Assembly: GCA_001643675.2 (NCBI GenBank)
Contig: LSRY02000029.1
Coordinates: 1,116,001-1,180,000 of the forward strand
Length of the DNA stretch: 64,000 nucleotides
From: Monocercomonoides exilis PA203
Lineage: Eukaryota > Protista > Preaxostyla
Reading direction: 5' to 3'
A program made the position numbers and the translations under genes. This document shows positions 60,001 through 64,000 of the stretch, piece after piece. The notes beneath the pieces were generated by a model. That model was given only the letters and a program-made list of their open reading frames with translations. It ran no database searches and was not told the origin of the DNA. Numbering within the stretch: the first letter of the stretch is position 1; the number at the start of each line of letters is the position of its first letter.

Positions 60001-61715
60001 TGTGAAGAACCCTTCGGTGTCAGTCGACAGGTACGACTCCATCGAGACTGTGGTTTGGTCGATTCCTTTCCCGATAAACTCGACGTCCCTCGTTTCGTAT
60101 TCAGGCTTGTAAAATGGTTCGTACAGGGGTTCGGTGAGAAAGATGACTACACGCTCGTCGAGCGGGATGTCCCCGAGAAACGGTGGGAACTGGGCAGCTT
60201 TGTCGTCTATGTCGTTGATGTTGCCCTCAATCCAGTCTGACGTGAGCGAGGAATCGATGGTAAAGTACACAAGCCCTGACGAGCGTGTGGCGTAGCTGTC
60301 TGCGATGATTGGGCGGTCTTTGCTGAAGGGATGGTACCCTTCTATCACCAAATCATAACTCGAACCTTCTGTGGAGCAGTTGACAAAGCTCAAGTTTCTA
60401 AAAAGGATGGAGCAGAGAGGAAGCGAAGATGGTGTCGTAAAGGAAAGAGATAATGCTCCAAAGTTCGTTGACGTACAATAACACGAAACAAATCGCGCAT
60501 TAATGATAAGCTCTAATTATGAAGTGTATTCAAAGATTATTTTTTAAGAAAATAATTAATGATATTTTAAAATGAGAAATAAACACAATTTTCGAAATGA
60601 AACAAACCAGATTTCGATCGCACATCCGTAAGGGAAAGCGCAGAGCCCATCCGAAGAGCAGTGCAGTTAACTGTAAAAATGTCTCGCACACACAAATGAG
60701 TTAATATCGAGGCAATACAAAAGGCTCCTCCAATGCTATTTGGACCCAAAGCAGTGCAATTATTGACATCTAATTTTGTGAGAAGGCATTTGTCAATGTT
60801 CTTTAAGAAAATACACCCTCCGTTCCCGTTGGCAGTGCATCCGCTAAATCCACAAGAGGTGATGGTTACAATCGTCGAAGACTTAATTTCTGGTGAAACG
60901 ATGAAAAGAGCACCTCCATTGCATTCATTACCTCCAGATGAACAGATTTGATCTGTACCAGCAGTACATCCGGAAAAAGTATCACCAAACATTGTTAAAT
61001 TAGTAAGTATTTCTAAACGCTGCGAATAATCATTGTTTGATTTAAGATTATAATTTGAAATACGTTTCCTAAAACAATAATCAAATGTATTATTCATAGA
61101 CTCGTACAACCCGAGATTTTGGTTAATTCCATGCAAAACACTTCCATAATAAACATTTTCACATGACAAAAAATAAGAGTGACTCAATAAAGCAGAATGA
61201 ACAAAAGTTGATGATAAGTTGTGAAGTGGTTTGGGGCATGTAGTAATATTACGAAAATTGCAATCAAAAACTAATTCGTTCCCGCCAAAACCTTCGCTTA
61301 ATAATGAAGAAAAAACATGTAAGGAATGCAAATTCGATTTGTAAAGAAATACTGAACCTGCATTTCTGAAATTACAAAATCCATGAAATTTTTGGAAATT
61401 ACAGAAACCACAAGTTAGTGAAATGTTTGAAATGAATAACTTTCCACAATTATCCACTAAAGGTTGATTATGGAGCAGATTCCTATTTATTATTACGTTG
61501 CTTAACGTAAGAACAGAGGAAGTGTCCAAAATACCTATAAACTGGTAGGGTTGAACGGATATAAAAGGGTCAAAAAGTTGGATTGTTGAATTGTCCAAAT
61601 GAAACAGAAGTAATGAAGAACAGGAAAAATGTGATGAATATTTTGAAGTGGGTTGAATGTGGCAATGCGGGTAAAGAAATGCCACAAAAAATATAAAAAA
61701 GTAATCGTACATCAT
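57073..61715 (-). CDS. Large type-I membrane surface protein with pectin-lyase-like beta-helix repeats
   Basis: Hydrophobic N-terminus, repeated F..C.A..NGG.(I/L)(F/Y) turns, CG..DIPC.SL motif, CSWNS..YPSARRNIIC..GGDG block, single TM followed by KRR and an acidic tail; one intron at about 60587-60510 joins the two ORFs. Confidence 0.8.
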
Positions 61716-62073
61716 ACGACTACCTTAAAAGCTGCTTCCAAAGTTTATCAAATGAATATAAAGAAAAAATAATTGATGATCATTAATAACATAATTTGTT
61801 TTCAGAATTAAAAAGTTCATGCGAATATAATTATTGCAGTTAAATCAAACAAGTTTGGCTTGAAAAGTGGAAAAATAAGAAATATGTTTTCTTTATGAAA
61901 TTCTTCTTGATATAATTCTTTCATTCAAGCAAAGAACAAAAATTTCTTTCAGCAAAGGATTGACTTTTCAAAATATTCACCTGAAATTATTCAAAATGGA
62001 AATTTTTCAATCTATTTTAAACATCTGCGTCACCTTGGAAAAGTAGAGACCAAGTCAATCAGTGCCCGTCAGT

Positions 62074-62074
<1 letters not shown>

Positions 62075-62126
<52 letters not shown>
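62075..62126. repeat. 52-nt poly(T) tract
   Basis: Uninterrupted T run seen directly. Confidence 0.95.
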
Positions 62127-62129
<3 letters not shown>

Positions 62130-62662
62130 TGGAAAATTGGTGACGAACGTGACGAATTTTTTTCTTCACCTCACCCAGGGCTAGAAAGAATAATAATGAT
62201 AATGTTGGAGAAAAAGTTAGGAACAAATAGTTGTTTTTTCGTCAAGAAAAAAATTTCGTTCCATATTTTTTCCCTGTTTTTATCAGATATTAAGGTTTTA
62301 ATAGTTGAAAACAATTGAAGGTTTGATCAACATTATTTCTGGACAGATCAACATTAATTACGGGCAGACGGTGAAAATTTCACCCCACATTTAGAAAAAT
62401 TTTCCATAATTATTACCATTTAGTTTCTTTGAAAAATTTATGACTATCGCAAATGTTGAAAACAATTTCCAAAGCACATTTAGTCTGCTTACTAATATTT
62501 TTATGCACAGTTGCTGATAAAATTTCCAAAGATATATTTTCAGTCTAAAATTTTTATTGAAAAAACACTTCTTTAAATCATTCGCGTATAATTTGGAATT
62601 TGGCAATTAAAAATTTGAAAAACATAAACATACAATATATTTTATAGTGAAAGCTCATTGGA

Positions 62663-64000
62663 ATGCTTGTTCTTGCAACTCCAGTAGAAAGCGATCATCC
62701 AATCCATGGAGGATTTTGTGACCACAGGAATAATCCAAGGTTAACTGCAGTAATAGTTTATAAATACGAAAAGATTATACGAAGGCAAGGTGAGCTATCA
62801 AAAAAACAATCAGCAGCAATTGTTAGCACTCAACCACAATTAGAAAAACTTGAAGAAATAAGAAAAGCTGAAACATCCTTTCTGAAAGCGAATTTCATAA
62901 AGAAGATTGACACAACAACGATTTAAACGAAGAAATAACAAACGAATGAACAGAGAAGCTTTTTTCAATATCATCCAGATTTTCATCATACTGAAACCTC
63001 AGCCGATATTGCAAAAAGAAAATTCACATTATATTTTAGGAACTGAAAGAAAAGTTTCCATAAGATGATGAAGGAACAAAGGGTCAAGAATAGTCATCTC
63101 GAACAGAAACAGAACCTGTTCAACAGCGAGGATATATGGCGCTTATGGATGAGTTCTTACTTCATCACATTGTTATGAAAAAGGGAAGAACTGTCATTAA
63201 CACTCCTGAATTCGAGTCCTTTGCCCGCACATATAAAGATTACTGGTCAAGAATCAACGAGGCGCTGATCCAATTCGAGGACTGGGCGGAAGATAATGCG
63301 TTGGACCTTCTGTTTTTCGATGGAAAGAAGATTGCTGATTTTGCTCTTAGCGAATGGCTTGTACTTTCATCACAAAGTGCCTTGACTTCTTCTTCTTCTT
63401 CCACGTCAACGGTCACTTCGTCTACTTCTTCTCAACTTCAATCGTCTTCTGCATTGCATCGTTCCACTCGCATTGAATATGCAAATCTGAAAGAAGAGCA
63501 AATGTTGAGCTGCCTTGTGAACATTGATGCAGTGATGGCTTGTCTGAGGCAGCTTGGCCAATGCTTCAAACAAGGAAAGAGAGAAAACAAAGCTTCAAAG
63601 GCTATTTTCATTCAGTGAATGAGGATGCAGCTGACTTTACGTTACTGTCGAAGAGAGTCAATGAAAGGAAAGGCAGAGACATTCATTCAAAGAAGATAGA
63701 TGGCATTTCAGATAAGGCAATGGCCCCAGCAAAAACTGGATGAGCTGCAAGGAGGGCGAAAAAGAGAAGTGTCTGAAGCTGTAGCCGAAGTTGTATGAAG
63801 AATTAGACATCATCAAAGAAGACAAATGAGCATTCATTCATCTTCTGTCACTCTGGCTGGATGAAAGGCTCAAATGTTCAATAAACACGCATAAGCCTAC
63901 TGATTTGAAGCTCATCAGGAACATTAGCATTTCACCTAAGCTATTATCTCAATTGCAGATACGACAACTCTATTCACTTCAGCTTCTACTTTCTCTTCTT
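62663..64000 (+). pseudogene. IQCH-like (IQ motif-containing H) disrupted copy
   Basis: RGYMALMDEFLLHHIVMKKGRTVINTPEFESFARTY..DGKKIA resembles IQCH; in-frame stops at 63061 (TAA), 63091 (TAG) and 63616 (TGA inside the IQ motif), plus apparent frameshifts downstream. Confidence 0.65.

Noticed and set aside
62063-62366. TGCCCGT/ACGGGCA inverted pair as possible TIRs
   Set aside because: Only 7 bp match and no target-site duplication.
62924-63618. Stop-codon reassignment or selenocysteine readthrough in the IQCH-like region
   Set aside because: All three stop types plus frameshifts occur here, and other genes end normally at TAA, TAG and TGA with no internal stops.
6509-64000. A ciliary gene cluster (DNAAF3, IFT25-like, NPHP4, IQCH-like)
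   Set aside because: Genes are scattered among unrelated housekeeping genes; four in about 21 is plausible for a flagellate.

Overview
AT-rich, gene-dense, intron-rich eukaryotic DNA using the standard genetic code. Short GT-AG introns (mostly GTTTG/GTATG donors), Ser/Gln/acidic low-complexity insertions, flagellar genes and a large beta-helix-type surface protein suggest a flagellated protist, most like an oxymonad such as Monocercomonoides (inference). Host genes in order: TRAPPC12 (3' part), TRM8, PCF11, RPB3, DNAAF3, ValRS, RBM18-like, a discoidin/IFT25-like protein, V-ATPase E, a 43-aa Cys-rich microprotein, a METTL21-type methyltransferase, a ~3100-aa triple-RRM protein, RPL39, NPHP4, TBC1D5, an SR-like protein, a DEK-like protein with an HMG box, an F-box/multi-TM fusion, PI31, a type-I surface protein and an IQCH-like pseudogene. 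Mobile DNA: an intact intron-containing pogo/Fot1-type DD35D transposon (41289-43864) and a nest of non-autonomous inverted-repeat elements at 13.1-15.1 kb. Most notable: a GATC motif 12-29 nt upstream of 11 of 20 modelled start codons, GGG..CCC MITEs with 4-bp TSDs, and small spliced genes or domains absent from the ORF track. All gene models were spliced by hand and family assignments come from remembered motifs, not database searches.
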